From NCBI GenBank assembly GCA_963748625.1, contig CAVVJT010000008.1, positions 78,792 to 142,791 of the forward strand: a stretch of 64,000 bases of DNA, given 5' to 3'. Origin of the DNA: an uncultured Chloroflexia bacterium (GTDB lineage: Bacteria > Chloroflexota > Limnocylindria > Limnocylindrales > CSP1-4). Positions 45,227 to 54,185 of this stretch are shown here, one piece after another (positions within the stretch are counted from its first letter, which is position 1; each line of letters starts with the position of its first letter). The translations under genes and the position numbers were made by a program. Under the pieces are notes generated by a model. The model searched no databases. It was not told the DNA's origin and worked only from the letters and a program-made list of their open reading frames with translations.

Positions 45227-46164
45227 CTACGGCTTGGGCGTCTTGAACTCCGTGCCCGGGTAGGGGGTGGGCTGGATGACCTGGATCACCTGCGGCGGCA
45301 GGACGCCCCGATCGTCGACGAGGCGACGCAGGGTGATGCCGGTGGTGGCCACGATCGGGCAGTACGGCTGGCCGTCCGCAGGCTCGGTCGTGCAGTCCTC
45401 GCTGGAGCGGAGCACCAGGCTGATGCTGCCGTCCATCTGGCTGAACTTGATGACCTCGGCCTCCTGGAGCGGGACCGCCAGGATGACGATCTGCTGCTGG
45501 CCGTTGAGCGTGGTGGTGGGCGCGGAGCTGGCCGCCGGGCTGGCCTCGGCCGTGTTGTTCTCCGAGGGCGGCGGCAGGAGGGTTCCCAGGACCTGGAGGC
45601 CCTGCGAGAGGACCTTGACGCTGGTGAGCGGTGTAGGGGAGCGTCTCGGTGACGAAGTTCGCGCCCGGGCTGGGCTGCGGGTTGCTCACCACAAGGGGCC
45701 ACTTGTCGGCGGCGGTGAAGCCGCTGATGACATCCACGAAGTCACCCGGCTTGATGACCGTGCCGACGCCGGTGACCTGGTCCACCTGGACCGCGACGGC
45801 CACGAAGCCGGCCGGAGCCTTGATGTCCGAGACGATCGCCGCCGCCGGTGAGGATCGTGCTGGTGATGAGCTGCTGGGCGGTGACTGGCGCACGCGCGAT
45901 CTGGCCGATGACCAGCGAGGTGTCGCCGTAGGAGTCCCCGGGCTTCTCCGCGATGGGGATGTCCTTGGTGGTCAGCATGGCGGCGGTGATGGTCGCGCCC
46001 AGGGCGATGTCCGTCTTGGCGACGACCACCGCGGCCGTGGTGGGTGGCGTGGGCGACGCGTCAGGCCGACTGGATGGGAGGACGCCCCCGAACGCGATGA
46101 GGGCGAACACCACGAGTGCAAGAAAGATCCCGATCAGCAGGACCAGTCTGTTCGATCGCTTCAA
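45227..46164 (-). CDS. cpaB: Flp pilus assembly protein CpaB/RcpC; frameshifts near 45845 and 45630
   Basis: TM, SAF domain VVVAKTDIALGATITAAML, AVAVQVDQVTGVGTVIKPGDFVDVI and SISLVLRS. Confidence 0.85.
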
Positions 46165-46310
46165 CGAGCTACTCCCCGAGCCGATGTGACAGGCTGCACC
46201 ACTCTAACAGGCTGTTTCCTGCAGGCGAGTAGCCAGATGGGCTAGTACCACTGGCAAGAAATGGGCGGATCGCCAGCGTGGGGCAAGGTACCTGCAAGGA
46301 AGCCGCGTGG

Positions 46311-46334
46311 ACAGTGTCACCATTCTGACACTGT
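46311..46334. promoter_or_regulatory. Perfect 9-6-9 palindrome upstream of cpaB
   Basis: ACAGTGTCA-CCATTC-TGACACTGT. Confidence 0.6.
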
Positions 46335-46366
46335 GCTCCCGCAGCGGCTAGAGACAAACAGCGCAT

Positions 46367-46406
46367 GAAACAGACAACCCGCCGGGAGGACTCCCGACGG
46401 GTTGTC
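46367..46406 (-). terminator. Intrinsic terminator after the third flp
   Basis: GACAACCCG.CGGGAG/CTCCCG.CGGGTTGTC stem followed by TGTTT on the minus strand. Confidence 0.75.
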
Positions 46407-46433
46407 GAGCTTGCGTGCTGAGCGGTCGGCGAG

Positions 46434-46627
46434 TTACGGGGCGTTCGACGAGATCGTGTCCCCGATGATCGTCAGCTTGTCGCTGATCTGGCTGCCCAGG
46501 AAGAGCAGCGCGACGATGGCCACGACCGCGATCAGCGCCAGGATGAGTGCGTACTCGGCGAGCCCCTGGCCTCCTCCTCGTCCTGACGGACGAGGACGGA
46601 GCACAGGCGCTCGACCAGCATGCTCAC
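46434..46627 (-). CDS. flp: Flp pilin 3; 1-nt deletion near 46570
   Basis: Own translation: (V)SMLVERLCSVLVRQDEEE/GQGLAEYALILALIAVVAIVALLFLGSQISDKLTIIGDTISSNAP*. RBS GGAGGTGA. Confidence 0.85.
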
Positions 46628-46811
46628 GTTGGTCACCTCCCTTGCGGGGCGGTGTGCCCCATGGTCGGGGCCTCCGGGCGTCGATCGAAGCCGGTGACCG
46701 CCCCCGGGACGATCACCTCCGGTGCCGGCGGTTCCGGCACCTGCCCGGAAAGAACGTCGCCGGCTGCCGCAGGCGAACCGGGCAACCGGCGATCTGACCA
46801 GCTGGTCGCTC

Positions 46812-46985
46812 CTAGACGGACTTGCCGACGGTGTTGAGGATGCCGGAGATCGCGCCGCCGAGGAACAGCAGGGCGACGATCGCGACGATGGCGATGAGCG
46901 CGAGGATCAGCGCGTACTCGGCGAGACCCTGGCCCTCCTCACTGTCGAAGGAAAGAGAAGAGATGAGTGCGGGAAGGAACGACAT
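46812..46985 (-). CDS. flp: Flp pilin 2
   Basis: EEG|QGLAEYALILALIAIVAIVALLFLG motif, with RBS GGAGGTGA. Confidence 0.95.
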   Translation of the reverse strand: MSFLPALISSLSFDSEEGQGLAEYALILALIAIVAIVALLFLGGAISGILNTVGKSV

Positions 46986-47150
46986 GTCTGGTTTCACCTC
47001 CTTTCCGGTGCAATGTCTGCCCGAGGGCAGCGAGGCGACGGTAGGCCTGTCGCGCAGGTGTCAATTGGACATAAGGGCTATGCCGGCAGCTACTGGTGCG
47101 CGGACGCCTACATCGTCCGGCGTGATCCGCCCAGGCGCGCGCACCGAACG

Positions 47151-47180
47151 AAAGGCCGCCGGGATGTCCCGGCGGCCTTC
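47151..47180 (-). terminator. Intrinsic terminator after flp1
   Basis: AAGGCCGCCGGGA-TG-TCCCGGCGGCCTT hairpin. Confidence 0.75.
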
Positions 47181-47203
47181 GTACGCGTTGTCGCGAGCGT
47201 CGC

Positions 47204-47377
47204 CTAGACGGACTCGCCGACGGCGTTGAGGATGCCGGAGATCGCGCCGCCGAGGAACAGCAGGGCGACGATCGCGACGATGGCGATGAGCGCGAGGATC
47301 AGCGCGTACTCGGCGAGACCCTGGCCCTCCTCGTCCTGGTTGAACGAGGCGAGGAACGACTGGAGCATAACGGCCAT
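47204..47377 (-). CDS. flp: Flp pilin 1
   Basis: MAVMLQSFLASFNQDEEG|QGLAEYALILAL, with RBS GGAGGT. Confidence 0.95.
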   Translation of the reverse strand: MAVMLQSFLASFNQDEEGQGLAEYALILALIAIVAIVALLFLGGAISGILNAVGESV

Positions 47378-47540
47378 GTGATGAACCTCCAGGATGAGAC
47401 CTACCCCAACGAAACTGTCGGAGGACTCGTACGTTACCCCTGGGTCGGGAGGAGCACCAGTAGGACGAAAGTCCTCTGCGGTCCGTCCGAGAGTGGTACT
47501 CCCGCTCGCTCCGCACCGTCCGCGCTCGGTCGGGACCGCC

Positions 47541-47705
47541 TCAGCGCCCGCCCTGGCCCGCTGCCGGGATGAGCGCCACCAGCTCGGCCAGCCAGCCGCT
47601 GCCGAAGAAGAGGAGCACGCCGGCGAACAGGAGCGCCAGGACCAGCACAAGCGCGGTCTCGAGCGCCCCGGGGCCCGTGTCGCGCCGATGGGCCGGCGTG
47701 CTCAT
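47541..47705 (-). CDS. 54-aa atypical Flp-like prepilin
   Basis: Own translation MSTPAHRRDTG|[47 protein letters not shown] overlap with the upstream gene. Too short for the ORF track. Confidence 0.65.
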   Translation of the reverse strand: MSTPAHRRDTGPGALETALVLVLALLFAGVLLFFGSGWLAELVALIPAAGQGGR

Positions 47706-48940
47706 CGCCCGGCCCCGTCCTGTGCATCGGGCGGCAGCGGAACCACGAGGCGGATCTCACCGCCCCCGGCCAGGATCTCCACATGCGCATCGATCGAGGC
47801 CGCCCGGGCACGCACATCGCGGCGGGTGGTCGCGGGCAAGGCGACGATCGCCTCCACCTCCGCAGCATCCACGGCGGCGCGCCGGGCATCGTGGCGGTCC
47901 TGCATCATCTGGCGCAGGGCGTCGGGCACGTCGCCGTCCGGCACGCCACCGCTGGCCACCAGCTCATCGGGCAGGACCGCAGACCGGTGGGCGGAGAGCC
48001 GTGCCTCCAGGACGTCACCCCATTCCAGGCGCAGCAGCACCCGCTCCGGGGCGAGACCCAGGAACGCGATCATCGCCTCGTCCAGGATCCGGAATGCCGC
48101 GCTCTCGACGTCCACCGGCAGGCGCCGGTCCTGGCCGATCGACTCGAACTCCACCGGGATGTGCGACCGCCGCCCACGCTCGCGAGCAGAGCGGCGCAGG
48201 GTGGGCACGAGCCCGAGGTCGTCGAGGACCATCGGGCGCACGTCGAAGATGAAGCCCTTCGTGGCCTCGAGCGTGTGCTGGACCATCGACACGAGGAGAC
48301 GGGCCTCCCCGCGGGCAGAGGCCGGTTCGCGGTCCAGGAGCCGGTCCACGATCTGTGCCTGGAGCACGATGTTGGTCAGCGACTGGGCGGGCCCGTCGTG
48401 CATCGCGCGGGCGATCTCGCGGCGCAGGTCCTCCTGGGCGCTCAGGACCACACGCGACACCGACGGCGGCAGGCGCTCTGCGATCTCCGTGGCATCCGCG
48501 CCGGCCGGGCTTCCAGCGGTCTGGGCCGCTGCCGCGGCCGCGGCCGCCGCCGCGACGGCAGCGAGCTCCTCGGGAGAGATGCCGGCGAGCCGCTCAAGGA
48601 CCGCTCCGAGCGCCGCCCGATGCCGGGTGAGCGCCTTGTGCTTGGCCACCAGGATCTCGACCTGGGCCTCCATCAGGGTGGCCCGCTTGGTCATCGTGAC
48701 CAGCTGCCCGTACGCCTCGACAAGCTCATCGGGCGAGCCGCCTCCCGGGGCGGCGACCTTCTCGGCCGCCTGGACGCGCTTCTGCTCATGACGTTGCGTC
48801 TCGGTCCGGGCCTGCCCGATCAGCAGCTGGATCTCGGCCAGCTCAAGGTCGAGCGCGGCGGCATCCGAGGTCAGTTGGGCAGCGAGGGAGGCGACGCCGT
48901 CTGCGGGGTCGGTGGTCATCGGTTCTGCAGGGCCGGCCAT
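47702..48940 (-). CDS. DegS-like HisKA_3 protein with degenerate HATPase domain (pseudokinase / phosphotransferase)
   Basis: SAQEDLRREIARAMHDGPAQSLTN and DVRPMVLDDLGL are present, but the N box reads DEAMIAF and no DDGxGF or GxGL motif is visible. Confidence 0.85.
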   Translation of the reverse strand: MAGPAEPMTTDPADGVASLAAQLTSDAAALDLELAEIQLLIGQARTETQRHEQKRVQAAEKVAAPGGGSPDELVEAYGQLVTMTKRATLMEAQVEILVAKHKALTRHRAALGAVLERLAGISPEELAAVAAAAAAAAAAQTAGSPAGADATEIAERLPPSVSRVVLSAQEDLRREIARAMHDGPAQSLTNIVLQAQIVDRLLDREPASARGEARLLVSMVQHTLEATKGFIFDVRPMVLDDLGLVPTLRRSARERGRRSHIPVEFESIGQDRRLPVDVESAAFRILDEAMIAFLGLAPERVLLRLEWGDVLEARLSAHRSAVLPDELVASGGVPDGDVPDALRQMMQDRHDARRAAVDAAEVEAIVALPATTRRDVRARAASIDAHVEILAGGGEIRLVVPLPPDAQDGAGR

Positions 48941-48957
48941 GGCACCGCGCGTGCCGC

Positions 48958-49701
48958 TCAGTCCTCCGGCATCCGGATCCAGCCCTGGCGCATCGCGTAC
49001 ACCACGGCCTGGGTCCGGTCGTTCACGGAGAGCTTGCGCAGAATGGAGCTCATGTGGTTCTTGACCGTCTGCTCGCTGATCGAGAGCGCGTAGGCCACCT
49101 GCTTGTTGGTCATGCCCTGGGCGATGTTGTCCAGGATCTCGATCTCACGCGGGGAGAGCGGGGCGAAGATCGGCACGGCCTCCTGGCCGTAGATGGCCAG
49201 GTCACGGAACTCCTTGAGCACGCGCGACGCGACGGCAGGCTTGCTGAAGACCTTGTCGTTGATCAGGTATTCACCCGCCACCACGCGGCGGATGATGGTC
49301 ACCAGGTCCTCCGGGGCGATGTCCTTGAGGATGAAGGCGGCGGCGCCGGCCTTGATCGCCTCGAACAGGGCGTCCTCGTCCTCATCAGTTGAGAGCACCA
49401 CGATGGCCGACGAGGGCAGTTCGCGCTTGACGCGCTGCGTGGTCTCGATGCCGCCAGGGGCGGGCAGCGAGAGGTCCATGAGGATGACGTCCGGGTTGGT
49501 GGCGAACGCGGCGTCGATGGCGCTGCGCGAGTCGTCCGCCTCGGCCACGACCTCCATGTCCGGCTCTTGGGCAAGGATTCCGCGGATGCCCGCGCGGAAC
49601 AGGGCGTGGTCATCGACGATCAGGATGCGGACCCGCTCGAAGGACTGGGTCCGGCGGTCGGGGCCACCGCGGCGGCGGTCCTGGCCCTGGAAGTCCGTCA
49701 T
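48958..49701 (-). CDS. DegU/NarL-family response regulator
   Basis: IVDDHALFR, LMDLSLP, FILKD and LuxR HTH LSPREIEIL...TVKNHMSSILRKL. Confidence 0.95.
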   Translation of the reverse strand: MTDFQGQDRRRGGPDRRTQSFERVRILIVDDHALFRAGIRGILAQEPDMEVVAEADDSRSAIDAAFATNPDVILMDLSLPAPGGIETTQRVKRELPSSAIVVLSTDEDEDALFEAIKAGAAAFILKDIAPEDLVTIIRRVVAGEYLINDKVFSKPAVASRVLKEFRDLAIYGQEAVPIFAPLSPREIEILDNIAQGMTNKQVAYALSISEQTVKNHMSSILRKLSVNDRTQAVVYAMRQGWIRMPED

Positions 49702-50825
49702 TCGATCTCCTTGCGCATCTGCGGGATCGCGAGCCACACGATGGTACCTGCGTCCGGTCGGGACCTCACCTCGAACAGCGCTCCGACCAGCTCGGCGCGC
49801 TCCCGCATGAACTGGAGTCCGAAGTTGCGCCGTCCCCGGGCCGCCACCGCTGCAGTGTCAAACCCGCGCCCGTCATCCCGGATCTCCAGGACCCATTGTC
49901 CATCCTCGAGCGTCGAGCGCACCACCACATTCGTGGCGGCCGCATGCTTGCGCACATTCTGCAGCGCTTCCTGCACCACCCGCAGCACCACGGTCTGCGC
50001 CGCATCGGTGAGGCCGGCGCTGGAGGCATCCAGGCGCGCCTCGATCGACACGCCAGAGAGCGCGGCCTGCGTGGTGATCGCATCCACGATGGCGCCGTCA
50101 AGCCCCAGCTCGTCGAGGACCGGCGGCCGCAGCTGCGAGAGGAAGCTGCGCACGTCGCCCAGCTCCCGGCGGAGCAGGTCACGCAGGAAGCGCAGCTCCG
50201 TGCGCGCCATACGCGGATCTGAGTCGAAGACGCGGTCGATGAACTCCACCTGGAAGATGGCGTTGGACAGTGCCTGCGCGGGGCCGTCGTGGACCTCCTG
50301 CGCCAGCCGTGCCCGCTCCGCCTCCTGGGCTTCCACGATCCGCATCTGCAGCTCCGTGGGCCCGGATGGCAGCCGGGTGTCCGTCACCAGCGTGGCGTCA
50401 CCGCGCTCCAGGAACAGCCACGTGCTCTCCAGGTTGCGGATCGCCAGCTCCAGGCGGGCCATCTCCGCCTCGTGGCGCCCCAGGTCCTCGCGGGCGTGGG
50501 CATGGCCCGTCCGGGCGGCTTTCAGCTCCAGGTCCGCGGCGCCCGCCTCCGCTGCCGCGGCGGCGGCGGCATGGTTGGACCCAGCGCCGCTGGCCTGGGC
50601 GGGGAACGCGGTGGCCGGCCGGTCCGCCAGGTCGTTGCGGCCCTGCTCGAGGCTCGCGAGCCTGTCGTCAAGGGCGTGCCAGCGGGCGAGGTCCTCCACG
50701 TGCGCCGTGCGATACCTGTCGCGTACGACGCGCAGCGTGTTGGAGGCGTAGGCGAGGGCCTCCGCGGCTTCGGCATGGAGCTCGTCGAACCGCGCTGCGG
50801 CCGCGTCACCCCGGGGCTGTTCCAT
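49698..50825 (-). CDS. DegS-like cytoplasmic sensor histidine kinase
   Basis: EAQEAERARLAQEVHDGPAQALSN, QEALQNVRKHA, DDGRGF and FGLQFMRER. Coiled-coil N-terminus with no TM. Confidence 0.93.
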   Translation of the reverse strand: MEQPRGDAAAARFDELHAEAAEALAYASNTLRVVRDRYRTAHVEDLARWHALDDRLASLEQGRNDLADRPATAFPAQASGAGSNHAAAAAAAEAGAADLELKAARTGHAHAREDLGRHEAEMARLELAIRNLESTWLFLERGDATLVTDTRLPSGPTELQMRIVEAQEAERARLAQEVHDGPAQALSNAIFQVEFIDRVFDSDPRMARTELRFLRDLLRRELGDVRSFLSQLRPPVLDELGLDGAIVDAITTQAALSGVSIEARLDASSAGLTDAAQTVVLRVVQEALQNVRKHAAATNVVVRSTLEDGQWVLEIRDDGRGFDTAAVAARGRRNFGLQFMRERAELVGALFEVRSRPDAGTIVWLAIPQMRKEIE

Positions 50826-50842
50826 CGGGCCGAGTGTAGCCG

Positions 50843-52505
50843 TCACGGCGTGGCGTCGCAGCCGATGCGGAAGACCCGCAGCTCCGCAAGGAGGGCGGCG
50901 TCGGCCGGATCCGCCGGCGACGGGAGAGCGACCGGCTCGAAGCAGGCGAACGCCTCGTCGGTGCGCAGGGCCTCGTTCGCAGGCCACGGCGTCTCAGGGT
51001 CGGTGAGGACCACCCAGCGGGCACCGAACGTCGCGGCGAGGTCCAGCACGTCCCCGGGTGCCTCAGCCGGCAGCGCGAGCACCGGGGAACGTCCTGTCTC
51101 CGCCATCCAGAGCGGCTGGTCAGTGATCACCGGCCCGCCAGCCCCCGCACCCGCCCCCAGGCTCCGCCAGGGCGCCCGAGACCAGCTCGAACCGCCGGGC
51201 GTCGTCGCGGGCCTGGGCGAACGTGGCCGGCAGCAGCGCGGCCGTGAACAGCGCCGCCGCCCCCACCGCCATCACCCCGCCCACCCAGGTGACGGGCTTC
51301 ATCCAGCCCATGCGACGCGCCAGCGCAGCCAGCGTCGCGTCGATCCCGCCCAGGGCCGACACCAGCAGCAGCACGTGCACTGGGGCGGCGGCGTGGAGGA
51401 ACGTGCCCCACTGGGTGGACACTGGGAACACGAGGCTGGTGACCAGGAACGTCGCGAGCGCGAGGAGCGCCAGCGGTCGGAGCGCGCGATCCCGGGCCTG
51501 CCACGGCAGCGCGACCAGGCCCACGATCGACAGCGGGATTCCCAGGAGCAGCAGGACCTTGAACAGGTTGTGGGCCATTCCCTCGAAGCGCACCGCGACC
51601 AGGTCCGCGGCCGACTGCTGCACGTATCGCTCCAGGGTGGGCGGATCGCTCCAGGCGAAGATGTCAGCAGGCTTCACCGAGAGCGCGTTGAGCACGGCCT
51701 GGCCGGGCAGCGGGCTCCCGAACACCGCCTCGTTGCGGAGCATCCACGGCGCGAAGACGAGCAGCGAGACCACCGCCACCACGCCGATCAGCCGCAGCCG
51801 CTCCATGCGCGGCAGCCCGTGCCGGCGCCATGCCAGCCATGCCCAGATGAGCGCTAGGTACGCGGCCTCGTTCCGGGTGAGCGCCGTCAGCCCCAGGAGC
51901 ACGCCCATGGCGAGCAGGCGCGGGTCCAGGAGGCGGGCGCCGCGCGGATCGCGCAGCACGCGGGTGGCCAGGAGGCAGACCGACAGCGCGAACACCCCGA
52001 ACAGGGTGGTGGAATCCGGCTGGACGCCGTGGAGGACCAGCGGCAGGTAGACCGCCGCCGCGAAGCCGGTGCCAAGGGCGAGGGTGCGCGCCCGGTCGGC
52101 CGGCAGCGCCCGCTCCTGCGCCACGTCGGCAGCCACGCGCCACGCGAGGACCGGCAGGAGGGAGCCCAGGAGCACCGTGACCACCTGGGCCGCGCGCGTG
52201 GCCGTCTCGAGATCCACCGGTGCCTGCAGACCCGCCCCGGCGATCGCCAGCGGCAGCGCGAACAGGAGGGCGGGCAGCGGCAGCCAGACCTCGAACGCGG
52301 GCCGCGGGAACACCAGCGGCGGCGTGGTGTAGCTCCAGATCGCGTCGGTGACGAGGCCGCGCCCCTCCACCAGGTTCCGCGCGACGCCCACGTAGTACGC
52401 GGCGTCCTGGGCCGGGAACGGGGTGCCCGCCGCCATCACCGCCCGCACGACCACCGCCACGACGAAGATCCCCAGCGCCGACAGCACCGCCTCGCGCCGG
52501 GTCAT
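50843..52505 (-). CDS. GT-C (PMT_2-like) membrane glycosyltransferase; frameshift near 51150
   Basis: QDAAYYVGVARNLVEGRGL, WLPLP, LTRNE and PWMLRN. C-terminus in ORF 50843..51130. Confidence 0.8.
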
Positions 52506-54123
52506 CCCTCGCACCTCGTGTCCCCATCCTCGACGCAGACAGGGTAGACGCCCACGTCAGGGCGGGCCAGCACGGGCGGTCCGATCCAGGCAGGCCGGTC
52601 GACCGCCAGGTCCACCCCCGACAGGGATGGCGTGGACGCCTCCGGCTCCACGATCAGCCAGCGGATCCCGTAGGCGCGGGCGACCTCCTCCACCGTCCCG
52701 ATGGGATCGTCCACGATCACCACGCCCGGGCGGCCCGAGAGGTACAGGATCCCGGCGGCGTCGATCGCCATCACGCGCTCGTCGGGCGCGGCCCCCACGG
52801 CGTCCAGCGCATCAACGGCCACCTGCATGCGGTCCATCCGCATCCGCCCAGATCGGCTGCACGCTGGCCGTGCCCGGCGGCGGCCATCACGACCATCCAG
52901 CCGACCACGGTGATCGCCAGCAGGCCGGCCGATCCGCTCGGCGTCCCCACCCCTGCGGCGCGCCGCCAGCCAGCCGGCGAGGACCGCGACCGCCTCGAAC
53001 GCCAGCACGTACCCGTGCGGCAGCAGCCCGACGCCCGAGTGGATGAACATCCCGCCGGGCACGTGCGGCGCGAACAGCACCACGCTCACCACCAGGAACA
53101 GGCCCGCGTACGACCAGCGCCGGGCCGAAGCGGACGTCCCGCCACCGGCGCCACGCCCCGTACGCCATCGAGCGGCAGCAGCACGATCGCCGCCCCGACC
53201 GTCCCGAAGATCACCACCGCCTGACCGAAGGCCACCGCCCGCGACGCCAGCAGCGGTCCCAGGCCCATCCCCAGCAGCCACGCGGGATCGGCGGGCGTCG
53301 TGATGCTGTTCCACTCCGAGAAGTCCCGGATCCAGAGCACCTTGCCGCTCGACGACGACGGGGAGATCGTCCCGAACACGGCGAGCTGGCGCGCGAACCA
53401 TGGCCCCATCACGAGCAGCCACGCGGCCACTGCGCCGGCCGCCGCCCGGACGCTGATCCGGGCCGGGCGTGCCGGCTCCACCCCGAACGGCCGTCGGGAC
53501 CGCCAGCGATCCCACAGGAAGGCGAGGCCCAGCACCACCAGCACGAGGCCCGCATCGGTCCGGGCCAGCGTCGTCAGGCCGGCGAGCAGGCCCGCGGCCA
53601 CGAACGCGCGCCCATCGCCCCGCAGGCCTCGCGACGCCAGGTACAGCGCGCCCGCGGTCAGCACCTCGATCAGGGCGAAGTTGTCCTGCTGGGCCATATA
53701 GGGCAGCGCGAATGCCGGCACGGCCGCCACGACGCCTGCGGCAACGGCCAGCGAGGGCCGGAGCCGGGCGTCCCGCCCGATCAGCCAGGTCAGCGGCGCA
53801 GCCAGTGAGCCGATGAGCAGGAACGGCAGCGTGGAGGCGAGGACCGTCGGGCCGAGGAGAACGAGGAACGGCACCTGGACGAACGACGCCAGTGGCATCC
53901 AGTGCGCGTTGGAGGGGACCGGGAGCACCGGGTTCGCCGGGAGGGACCCGCCAACCTCTGGGAAGATCCAGACCACCGGGATCGTGAGGCCGTGTCCAGC
54001 CGCGATCTCCCGCGCGACGTCAACGTAGTACGCCGAATCAGGGTAGCCCGGGTGCGGGAACGCGAGTGCCACGATCGCCCGGGCGGCGAACGCCAGCAGG
54101 TAGAGCGCGATGGGGATCCTCAC
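52502..54123 (-). CDS. GT-C (PMT_2-like) membrane glycosyltransferase, paralog of its neighbour; several frameshifts at 52850-53170
   Basis: YPDSAYYVDVAREIAAGHGL, HWMPL, LARTD and PWFARQ. Confidence 0.78.
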
Positions 54124-54185
54124 GGCGCCCGCAGCCTACCAGCCGGGCAGGACCGTCCGGCGGACCGCCCGGTAGAGTTGCGTCC

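Noticed and set aside
47459-47476. GGAC-GAAA-GTCC as a hammerhead ribozyme or c-di-GMP riboswitch
   Set aside because: No correctly placed CUGAnGA core or GEMM consensus was found. It fits a DNA dyad near -35 better.
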